From Macrostomum lignano (lineage: Eukaryota), in contig NIVC01000503.1 of the NCBI GenBank assembly GCA_002269645.1, forward strand, positions 1 through 64,000: a stretch of DNA of 64,000 bases. The letters are read 5' to 3'. Positions 11,863 through 21,846 of this stretch are shown here, one piece after another. Within the stretch, counting starts at the first letter, position 1. Every line of letters begins with the position of its first letter. The notes under the pieces were generated by a model. That model was not told where the DNA came from and did not search any database. It was given only the letters and a program-made list of their open reading frames with translations. A program made the position numbers and the translations under genes.

Positions 11863-12693
11863 TCAGGTCGATGGCGACCGAGGCGAAAGTGTTGCTGGAT
11901 TGCTTAGCAATTGCGGTTTCGGTGGAGGCGGTGGTGGAGGATTCGGCACAGGCTCTAGCGATTGCGGTTTCGGTGGAGGCGGTGGTGGAGGATTCGGCAC
12001 AGGCTCTAGCGATTGCGGTTTCGGTGGAGGCGGTGGTGGAGGATTCGGCACAGGCTCTAGCGATTGCGGTTTCGGTGGAGGCGGTGGTGGAGGATTCGGC
12101 ACAGGCTCTAGCGATTGCGGTTTCGGTGGAGGCGGTGGTGGAGGATTCGGCACAGGCTCTAGCGATTGCGGTTTCGGTGGAGGCGGTGGTGGAGGATTCG
12201 GCACAGGCTCTAGCAATTGCGGTTTCGGTGGAGGCGGTGGTGGAGGATTCGGCACAGGCTCTAGCGATTGCGGTTTCGGTGGAGGCGGTGGTGGAGGATT
12301 CGGCACAGGCTCTAGCGATTGCGGTTTCGGTGGAGGCGATGGTGGAGGATTCGGCACAGGCTCTAGCGATTGCGGTTTCGGTGGAGGCGGTGGTGGAGGA
12401 TTCGGCACAGGCTCTAGCGATTGCGGTTTCGGTGGAGGCGGTGGTGGAGGATTCGGCTCAGGCTCTAGCGATTGCGGTTTCGGTGCAGATGCGGCGGTTA
12501 CAACGGTGGTGGAGTCGGTCTGTGTGGCGGTCAGGCCGGTGGCGGCGGCTCGTTCTGCAGCGGAAATGTTGGTAGAGAGCAGGACCGAGTAGTTCTGCGT
12601 CTGCTGGCCGCTCACCCAAACAGGTGATGACTGCGCTACTATTTTTGCTCGATCCAAGAGTTTGTCCGTTGATTCTTGTTCAAACGTGTTCAT
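11863..12693 (-). CDS. Candidate Thr/Ala-rich + proline-rich repeat protein (276 aa); coding strand ambiguous
   Basis: ATG-started ORF with a GC-rich, coding-like unique 5' part (ERAAATGLTATQTDSTTVVTAASA) then (PKPQSLEPVPNPPPPPP)n. Competing + ORFs at 11738-12592 and 11766-12575. Confidence 0.35.
   Translation of the reverse strand: MNTFEQESTDKLLDRAKIVAQSSPVWVSGQQTQNYSVLLSTNISAAERAAATGLTATQTDSTTVVTAASAPKPQSLEPEPNPPPPPPPKPQSLEPVPNPPPPPPPKPQSLEPVPNPPPSPPPKPQSLEPVPNPPPPPPPKPQSLEPVPNPPPPPPPKPQLLEPVPNPPPPPPPKPQSLEPVPNPPPPPPPKPQSLEPVPNPPPPPPPKPQSLEPVPNPPPPPPPKPQSLEPVPNPPPPPPPKPQSLEPVPNPPPPPPPKPQLLSNPATLSPRSPST
11915..12485. repeat. 51-bp tandem repeat, 11 units, open in several reading frames
   Basis: Unit GGTTTCGGTGGAGGCGGTGGTGGAGGATTCGGCACAGGCTCTAGCGATTGC; only three variant positions across the array. 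Confidence 0.95.
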
Positions 12694-14059
12694 ATTGAAA
12701 GAGAGGCTTCGAAATTAATCCATGTACATATGAAATCTACTTTTACCAACTTCCTAAAACCTTTTGCCTGTTAAGAATTTGTTTTATTGACTCATTTCTC
12801 CATACTAAACTAAAGCAGTAGTGTTGACCGTCTTTGATCGTTATATTTTGCAACGGATTGTGAGTAATTTAACCATCCATAACAGCTTTTATAGTCACGT
12901 GTACTATTGTCTGAAACTGTATCGTAACTTCTACACATAAATTGTATCTGACACATTAATATAATGATGATGATGGATTTGTAATGATCGTACATGACCG
13001 GTAATCAGTGATGACCTTTGAAAATTTAACTTCCATTACCGTACATTCCATTAGCGTACTTTAACTTTTCCGCAAAATTCTAGAACGTTCCATAGCGCAA
13101 TAAAATATCTTTAAACAAATCAGATACAAAATTCATAATATAAATGCACTTCTCCTTTATTTCAGTGAAATAATGAAACTATATTTTATGTAATTGATTT
13201 GCTATTACTACAATTTTCCCGAACATTTCCCGAACAGAATATTTTACGGCTCATCCAGTATAAATTTACAGCAGGTATTCAACGACACCAATGTAACTTT
13301 AATGGAAAATGCCCTTATTTTGTAGTAAACAAGTGAGCCAATGAGCTAAGCTTTATATACCAAAACCCATTGCAATGTCAAAATAGCAGCCTTACATCGC
13401 CAAAGATGCGGCCCTTTCAACTAGCTGAGCGGGTGAAGTGCTTGAGACAAGAGGGTAAGGCAAATCCAGGCCCTTCATGAAAAATTGCTAGCAAGCAGTT
13501 GCAGCTGGGAAAAAGAAAAACTCAATCCGTGAGAATTACCTTAAAGAAGGAAAAGTTCCTGCAATTTAAAATTTCTATCCGTCAGGACTGTATGCAGCAC
13601 TATATGCATCATGATATTAACTTTTGTTAATAGCATTAACGGTTGGTATTTTAATTCTTTCGTTTAAAAAATTTGCATATTTAACCTTGTGACTTAGAGC
13701 TTATACATTAAATATACTTGAAATCTATTAATCTTGTAGACTAAATGGGTACAGTAAAGCAGTGCCAAACTTAGTTATGAATTCAAATTTTGTAGCTGCT
13801 ACATACATAGATTCGAATATCTACCAGAACAATATTTGAAGTTTATTTACAGCTGTACATGTGCTGTGCTTGGGAGCAGAGCTGGAAAATGTCAGTGTTT
13901 CGTTACTTTAGTTTCGCATGCATCAAATAAAGTACCTTATATTAGGAGCTTTGCCTCAGCTTGCTTGTGCTAGAATATTTGTGCCTCAGTCAAATATGGC
14001 TGCATCTGATCTCGTTCTGAGTTCACGCTCAAAAATAAAAAAATCTTGCTCTCTCGAGA

Positions 14060-14262
14060 CAAGGAGTACAGAAAACTCAGGACGCAGAACTTAAACTTGG
14101 TATGACTTTTTACCATTCTAAGATCTGTTATATTGCTAACCTTGAAAATTTATTGTTATGCTAATTAGTTAGACTTTTTACCATAGAGAATGCTTTCATA
14201 CGCGCATTGGAAAATTTCTACAAAGTTTAAGTTCCGCGTCCTGAGTTTTACAGTAGTCCTTG
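14060..14262. mobile_element. MITE (~200 bp) with ~39-bp imperfect TIRs starting CAAGGA(G/C)TAC
   Basis: CAAGGAGTACAGAAAACTCAGGACGCAGAACTTAAACTT vs reverse complement of AAGTTTAAGTTCCGCGTCCTGAGTTTTACAGTAGTCCTTG. Absent from copy A. Abuts the Harbinger MITE. Confidence 0.7.
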
Positions 14263-14454
14263 GGCCGTATGCAGAAAGCCTAGTCCAGACTAGCTAGTCC
14301 GGACTTGGGTAGTTCAGTCTATAGTCTATGGTCTAGCTAGCCTAGTTCTGCTATAGTAGACTGGTCTAACTTTGTATTTCTGCATACCAAATCCAAGTCT
14401 AGACTAGCTTTTCAAGACCGGACTACCCTGGACAGAGCTTTCTGCATACGGCCC
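14262..14454. mobile_element. Harbinger-derived MITE (193 bp)
   Basis: Perfect 18-bp TIR GGGCCGTATGCAGAAAGC...GCTTTCTGCATACGGCCC, the same as the large element. Absent from copy A. No clean TSD. Confidence 0.9.
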
Positions 14455-14793
14455 ATAGGCTTAGCAAATAGCCCGAGAAGCATGAGGACTTGAAGACTAA
14501 TAGTTCAGAAAAGGGGCCGTATGCAGAAAGCTTAGTCCAGACTAGCTAGTCCGGACTGGGTAGTTCTGTCTATGGTCTTAAAATCGGTATGCACAAAAGC
14601 TAGTCGCGACTACCGAGATTCGTCTAGGCTAGACTAGTCTAAGCTAGACAGAGCGCCCAACTTTAGCGCCTAGTTTTAATGATTTTTTTAGTTCTATGGT
14701 CCAAACCCCTGTAAATGCTTTCTGTTTATATACTGGGTCGCTAACTTAACCGTTCCTATACTGGTTCTCTGTGCATATGCGTATGCTTCTGAA

Positions 14794-15071
14794 ATGTCAG
14801 CGACAACAGACTACGAAACAGTTCTTCTTGACATTCTACAAAGACATTCGGCTTCAATTTTGTCGAAGGGCCAAACGCCTGCATGCAGGCAAAGAAGTGC
14901 AAACGCTTGGGAAGACGTAACATCTCAAGTAAACGACCACTTCAAGACCAATTACACGGTCGACCAGGTGCAGAAAAATGGAAAAACATCTTGCAACGAG
15001 TTAAGGAAAAAGGAAAAGGTTAAGGAAATGTCCTCTAATGACTTCAAGGTGTTGGAGGTAATTGGTGAGGA
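14794..15071 (+). pseudogene. 5' part of the Harbinger Myb/SANT-like gene (left arm, truncated)
   Basis: MSATTDYETVLLDILQRH...AWEDVTSQVN..., nearly identical to the minus-strand copy starting at 17731. Broken by a frameshift (A5 at 14974-14978), a filler-containing deletion, and fusion to inverted transposase at AGGA 15068-15071. Confidence 0.85.
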
Positions 15072-15993
15072 AGATCATCATGAGGATCGTTCTGGGTGCG
15101 AGCGAAATTGTGTAGCTTACAACAGGTCACAATTAATGTTGGTACACGGTCTAGTGGTACGCGTAGGATGCTACCAACGCAGTTGAAACGGCGCTTTAAA
15201 ATTCCGAATGTCTGCTCGATTCGAACTCTCGCTCGGCTGAGTTCGCGATTGAATATTCTCTGCCGGCCATCTGGGTTTTGATATGGAGTGAGTAGAAAAT
15301 CGCAGAGTCGGTATCCAGAATCTCCGACAAGATAGCCCTCCCATTGGGCGTCTAGAAGCGATCCAAAAAAAAACTGTTGCGAAATATTCTCGAGTCATGG
15401 ACTGAACCAGGCCATTGAGCAGTTATTTCGAGAAAGAAGTATCTCGCATCGCAGACTGCTTGGACGTTAATAGAGTGGTAGTTTTTACGATTAATGAATT
15501 CATCTGGAAAGTTTTCATTAGATGGCCTTTGAATTCGTACATGCGTACAGTCGATAGCACCGATTACATCTGCCAGTTGACCAATTTGATTAAACCCCGT
15601 TGACACTCGCGTCCGCTCAACACCTGGATCTGGATAGCGGATGTTATTCAAGCGGAGATTCAGTATCCTGACCACTCCCCAGTAGCAGCGGGACATGGTG
15701 CTTTGGTCGATACCTCCAAGAGCAGACAGGTTCTGCTGAAAGCTTCCAGTGCCGAGATAAGATAGTGTCAGGCACAGCTGTAGCATGGGAGTCAGGCTTC
15801 TGTTACGCATTGTCGTCCGTTCGAGATCTGTCTCGACAAGCTCCACAAGTGATAGAAGTGATCTAGGTTCGAACCGAAACAGTCTTTTAATTTCAACCTC
15901 CGAGAATTGTTGAAGTGGCTCCAACCGATCACGAAATATGCGTTGTCGACGGAGGTCTCGCTGAACTAAATCTATCGCAACCAAAATATTCAT
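15068..15993 (-). pseudogene. Harbinger (HARBI1-like) DDE transposase, N-terminus to near C-terminus, C-terminally truncated
   Basis: MNILVAIDLVQRDLRRQRIFRDR...LCLTLSYLGTGSFQ...GAIDCTHVRI...NRKNYHSINVQAVCD...WPGSVHDSRIF. Frameshift at the 9-nt run 15365-15373; downstream frame GDSGY...IEQTFGILKRRF. Confidence 0.9.
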
Positions 15994-16040
15994 TTCTTTC
16001 AATCGTCTAAGGGCGAAGGTAATGCAAAATTAGCTATCAA

Positions 16041-16781
16041 GGGAGTGGTCAGGATACTGAATCTCCGCTTGAATAACATCCGCTACCCAGAGCCAGGTGT
16101 TGAGCGGACGCGAGTGTCAACGGGGTTTAATCAAATTGGTCAACTGGCAGATGTAATCGGTGCTATCGACTGTACGCATGTACGAATTCAAAGGCCATCT
16201 AATGAAAACTTTCCAGATGAATTCATTAATCGTAAAAACTACCACTCTATTAACGTCCAAGCAGTCTGCGATGCGAGATACTTCTTTCTCGAAATAACTG
16301 CTCAATGGCCTGGTTCAGTCCATGACTCGAGAATATTTCGCAACAGTTTTTTTTTGGATCGCTTCTAGACGCCCAATGGGAGGGCTATCTTGTCGGAGAT
16401 TCTGGATACCGACTCTGCGATTTTCTACTCACTCCATATCAAAACCCAGATGGCCGGCAGAGAATATTCAATCGCGAACTCAGCCGAGCGAAAGTTCGAA
16501 TCGAGCAGACATTCGGAATTTTAAAGCGCCGTTTCAACTGCGTTGGCAGCATCCTACTACGCGTACCACTAGACCGTGTACCAACATTAATTGTGACCTG
16601 CTGTAAGCTACACAATTTCGCTCGCACCCAGAACGATCCTCATGATGATCTTCCTGAGCATCTCGCAGCAGAATGGGATGATCCGGAGCCAGAACTAGTT
16701 AATTACAACGCCAATCAACGTAAACAGCAAAGACAAAGGAGAGGCCGTCAACTTCGAGACCAAATCAGCAATGCAATGTAA
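16041..16781 (+). pseudogene. Harbinger transposase, central to C-terminal part (right arm, 5'-truncated)
   Basis: GVVRILNLR...GAIDCTH...HDSRIF, then after T9 (16347-16355) LDAQWEGYLVGDSGYRLCDFLLTPY...IEQTFGILKRRF...CCKLHNF...stop at 16781. DDE residues are intact. Confidence 0.9.
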
Positions 16782-17009
16782 TATATTTATTGATTAACAC
16801 AAAGTATGACAACGTTATGCGAAATTAAGAAAACCTAGGGAACCCATTTTGACCATGTGCAATTGCTAACCTGAACCATCTAATCATTTAATAGTAAATA
16901 GTTACCGTATTAACAGTTATTCACTGTAACAGCTTCAGTTTTTGTAGTGAAATATTGTCAGTAGCTCATACGCGACTGCTTTTATCCGAGCTAAAAATAA
17001 ACCGAGTAC

Positions 17010-17731
17010 TCAAAAAAGACCAAAAAACTTTTGCTCGGAGTCTTTTGTCTTGTCCTTGGCACATCGTAACAGATCTCGAATCTCCTTCAAAACGTCGATC
17101 CTCTCCCGTTCTAGGGCTAGCTTCTCTTCCTTGAGTTTTAGCTTCTTTTGCTCAAACTCGATGAGCTCGTCAGAAAAGTTTTTTTCTTTGACTTTCTTCT
17201 TTCGCTGATGGCTGACTTCGCCCGAAGCCAGTGATTGTCGAGACGGATTCACAGGGACAGCATTGTCTGACTCCGATTGAGTGGTAGAGCCGCTAATTTG
17301 CAACGTCGATTGATCTTGTTGACTAGCGTTCGCGGATGCCCCAGATGGTGCCTGTGTCCTGGATGCATCAAGATGTTCCTTTTCAGTCAGGCCAACGCTC
17401 AATCCAAATGACAACGGTGTTAGGCGCGGGTTGTCCTCACCAATTACCTCCAACACCTTGAAGTCATTAGAGGACATTTTTGGAGCTGGCCCGCCTCCAG
17501 TCTTCTTCGTAGTTTTTTCCTTAACTCGTTGCAAGATGTTTTTCCATTTTTCTGCACCTGGTCGACCGTGTAATTGGTCTTGAAGTGGTCGTTTACTTGA
17601 GATGTTACGTCTTCCCAAGCGTTTGCCCTTCTTTGCCTGCATGCAGGCGTTTGGCCCTTCGACAAAATTGAAGCCGAATGTCTTTGTAGAATGTCAAGAA
17701 GAACTGTTTCGTAGTCTGTTGTCGCTGACAT
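17010..17731 (-). CDS. Harbinger Myb/SANT-like DNA-binding protein (240 aa if one A is restored at 17547-17551)
   Basis: AWEDVTSQVNDHFKTNYTVDQVQK(K)WKNILQRVKEK..KTGGGP..., with a C-terminal coiled coil EFEQKKLKLKEEKLALERERIDVLKEI. Convergent with the transposase, as known for Harbinger elements. Confidence 0.8.
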
Positions 17732-18603
17732 TTCAGAAGTATACGCATATGCAAAGAGAACCAGTATAGGAACGGTTAAGTTAGCGACCCAGTATATTAA
17801 CAGAAAGCATTTACAGGGGTTTGGGCCATAGAACTAAAAAAATCATTAAAACTAGGCGCTAAAGTTGGGCGCTCTGTCTAGCTTAGACTAGTCTAGCCTA
17901 GACGAATCTCGGTAGTCGCGACTAGCTTTTGTGCATACCGATTTTAAGACCATAGACAGAACTACCCAGTCCGGACTAGCTAGTCTGGACTAAGCTTTCT
18001 GCATACGGCCCTTTGTCTAGTCCAGACTAACTAGTCAAAGCTTTTATGCATACCAAAGTAAGACTAAACTACCATAGACAGAACTAGGGTAGTTTTTTCT
18101 ATGCTAGACCGGTCTAAATTTGTGTTTCTGCATACCAAATCCAAGTCCAGACTAGCTTTTCAAGACCGGACTACCCTAGACAGAGCTTTCTGCATACGGC
18201 CCAAGGTCTTACTATAAGAAGAAGCGTCATCGGATTCAAAAGGTGAAGTAGGACGAAAAGGAAGAAAATCTAGTAGAAAAGGGAAACTGAGGGAAAAGCC
18301 CTAACCAAACAAAAAAAACTTTTTGACAATTAGAAAGTCTGAGAGTCAGAGAAGAATCCCTCTCTGGATGGACGTAAAAATTCAGTTTAAATGTACTGCA
18401 GAGACATGACCTGAATGGGGACTGGGGACAGAGACACTGAATCTTACTTTGCGCACCTTGACAACGGGACAGCAAATAAAACAAGTGAAGGTCAGTTGAG
18501 AAAATTTAAAACAGTAAAGCTTTGGGAGTGGGATACAGCTCCTCATTACAATTCTCACTCACAATTTCAGTACTGAGAGTCGGCAAACACACAACTTTAG
18601 GAG

Positions 18604-21600
18604 ATGCGTCAGCCACAGGTATTGCTACTCTTCGCCATCGGTTTCTGCTGCATCATGGTCTCGGAAGGTGCGTATTGAAGTTGACTTTTTGCTCCTAACT
18701 AGTTAATTAATTGGAAAAGCATATCCAAGTTTTGACCTGAAAAAGAAGGACTTCAAATAGAAGGAGAACTAATCGATATGGCCAGCTTTTCCGATTGGCT
18801 TTGCTTGTTTCATTTTTAGCAGGGGCTACCTGAGGAGGACGATATTTAACAATCAACAATTTTGGTCGTATTAGTTTCGGAGACTAAATCTCAAAGCGAA
18901 AATTATATTGAAGACATCTAACGACGAGGCCCCTTGAGTTAAACGTTTCACCGCTGGACAGGTGATAAGCTGGCCCCCTCCATAACAATTGCCATGCAGG
19001 CGCTTGCAACCGAACTCGCTATGTGCAACACAACGGCGTCCTTGTTGTCAACTCGACCGTCAGTAGCCAAGTCCTGAATGCCACCGGAGTGACTTCAGTT
19101 GAAGCATGCGCCATGCTGTGCGGAATGAAATCCTGCTCTGCCGCCGTGTTCTGGAAGAGCAGCGGTCTGTGCCAGCTGGTGGCGGTGTCTCGCGAGCCGG
19201 GATTTGCTGGAAACAACGAATGGAGACTACTGGGCTCGGAGACTGCTGACGCGGTGGTGATGAAGCTGGAAAACTTCGAAGAACTGATGAAGCCTCGTAT
19301 TATAAATGTCACTCGAGTGTTTACAAGTGAGAGTTCAGCCGCATGCATAATTGCATAGATTATCGCACACTTGGTGCACTTTTTCCCTCTTCCTTAGGTC
19401 GGCTCCAGCTGGCCACAAGTCACTACGATTGTTTTGTTTTTGCTTTTCCTAATTTCCGCTTTTCCATATCAAGGACTACTCAAGTACATTATATATACTA
19501 AAGTTGTCCTTGTCCCGTGTTCGTTTTAAATTCAATCCATATAAGCATATTTGAGTCAGCGATAGCTAATTGAAACATGCATGGATTTCAGACAATGGAA
19601 CGGGTCGAATCGGCTCTGTCCAGCTGGTGACCATCGACATTGCCGGCTGCTACCGAATCGAACTCGCTGGTGCCAAGGGCGGCGACAACACGTATGTCAG
19701 TCCTGACAAACTCGGCGGCAAGGGAGCTCTGGCTGCTGGCAACTTCAGTTTGTCAGTCGGAGTTCAGCTGTCGATTGTTGTCGGCCAGGCCGGAGGCCCA
19801 TCGCAGAGCAGCAGCTACTCTAGCGGCGGCGGCGGCGGGGGCAGCTTCGTGTACCGGACATCGGACAATGGGCTGCTGATGGCCGCTGGCGGCGGCGGGG
19901 GCGCCTCGTATGGGTATTCCGGTAAGCATGCGATTTTTATTGTATCTTAACTGAGACGTTTGGTAGTTGCTTTTGCCATATTGTCGTATGCAGCTATTCA
20001 ATAATGTATTTGTCAAAAGTTTCAAGAAACTGAAGCCGGTAAACAGTTTAGGGAAATGGCGACTTAAGTATCTTTTATCAAGTATATTTTTAAGTAGTCC
20101 CTGAACCAGGGACGAAACTACACTGAAGAATGTCTCAGTCTATCGACGCATTTCTATTGTAAAATTGTGAAATCTTCATGGATCTACAGGCCAGAGTTCA
20201 TTGATGGTGCAGGCTGCCAGAAGTATTGCAGAATTTTTTCTGCTTCACAACACTTTAGCCGAGACAGTCTTCAATTAACGACGATCGCATGCTAAAATTC
20301 TTTTTATGAAAGCAAAAGTTGGCACTTATACTAACTGAAAAGTAAAGTGAGCAGTATAACAACTTCTAAAAAATAAAAAAGTTAAACATTTTTCTTGTTG
20401 CAGAACTTTAATATACTCAGCAACATGTTAAAATTTCCAGCCCGAAAACAGTTGTCAACTTTTCTCGGATCTCAGTCTTAAGTAACGCAATTCACAAAAC
20501 GCCTGCGGTTCTCGTCTTAAAGCTGTGGGTGATGCAGCTTAGGCTGGTGAGGTGACAGTGGAGAGTTATTGGCTAGAGTTAGATTACAGCTGCCGACCTC
20601 TGGTTTTGTGAAAAACTTTAACATATTGCTGAATGTATCTGCGTATTTGAGGGTGGTTAATTTAGCTATGGGAGATTTCAGAGCATTTCTTCCCACTCCA
20701 GTAGATTTGGGTAAATGAGCAATCGCTGCTTAAATTCATTAGGCTGTATGCAGAAAGCTTAGTCCAGACTAGCCAGTCCGGACTTGGGTAGTTCAGTCTA
20801 TAGTCTATGGTCCAGCTACCCTAGTTCTGTCTATAGTAGACCGGTCTAACTTTGCGTTTCTGGATACAAAATCCAAGTCCAGACTAGCTTTTCGAGACCG
20901 GACTACCCTAGACAGAGCTTTCTGCATACGGCCCAAAGAATGAACTGACTGTAAATGAATTTCAGGTCGACCCGGAGAGGCGGGCACAGGAGGCTCAAAC
21001 TCGGTCGGGACTAACTCTGTAAGCCAGCTTGGCCGTTCAGCAGATGTAGAAACTTTTATGTAAAAACTTTAGTCTTTTTTAACAAAAGAATTCACAATTG
21101 CATTTAAAGCCTGCAGGAGTATACGTGCATGCGTTTTCCAGAATCTTCATTCAAACGCTTGCCCAGCTACTTTTTAGAAATGCTACGGAATACGTTAGTC
21201 ATTATAATCACTTCAGTGTATATTGAAGAAGCTTTTCCCTTCTGAAGAAGTTCTGTTTCGAGAGCACAGCTGTATGTCGCATGTTGCGCTCTTCATTTTT
21301 CCTATCTCATTTTTTCCTGTAATGTTCGGAATCAGTAAAAAAGTTTAGCGTCCTTCTGCTTTAGTCTAAACAAAGCAAATGGTGCAAAAGCATAACCTAC
21401 ATGGCTTGCAGGCAGCCCAAACTGGCATCGGAGGCGTTAACGGACAGCCGGGCAGCAACGACCAAAGCACTGCGGCTACCGATAGAAACCCTGGAGGCTG
21501 CGGAGCCGGCTGGCTTGGCAAGCCTACCGCCGCCCGCACAAGCACCCAATACGGAGACAGAGGCGGCAGTCGCGCCGACGGCTGGGTCGGCGGCAGAGCC

Positions 21601-21846
21601 GGAGACACGAGTCCCGCCGACGGCGGCTTCGGCGGTGGCGGAGGCGGAGGCGCGGCCACCACCAAAGGAGCGGCAGGAGCCGGCGGAGGCTACAGCGGCG
21701 GCGGAGCTGGGGCTCGCAGCGACCACGCCGGAGGAGGCGGCGGCTCCTTCTGCGGCGGCAACGGCTGCGTGGCCACAACGGGTGGCAACACGGGCAGCGA
21801 GCACGGCTTCGTGATGCTGCAAATGATCGGCAGCGGCTGCGCTTAG
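18604..21846 (+). CDS. Secreted PAN/apple + ALK/LTK-type glycine-rich domain protein, paralog B (402 aa, 5 exons)
   Basis: Exons 18604-18667, 19000-19326, 19592-19921, 20966-21018, 21412-21846; each exon is the same length and phase as in paralog A and the frame is open. About 20 amino-acid differences from A. Confidence 0.85.
20741..20934. mobile_element. Harbinger-derived MITE in intron 3 of paralog B
   Basis: AGGCTGTATGCAGAAAGC...GCTTTCTGCATACGGCCC; body matches the 14262-14454 MITE. Absent at the equivalent site in A (~4825). Confidence 0.9.

Larger units (their letters stand above)
14514..18202. mobile_element. PIF/Harbinger DNA transposon (3689 bp), rearranged into a large internal inverted duplication
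   Basis: TIR GGGCCGTATGCAGAAAGC at 14514, inverted at 18185-18202, with an extra internal inverted TIR ending at 18011. 3-bp TSD AAG at 14511-14513 and 18203-18205. Empty site CAGAAAAGG in copy A (~2318-2326). Encodes a DDE transposase and a Myb/SANT-like protein. Confidence 0.95.
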
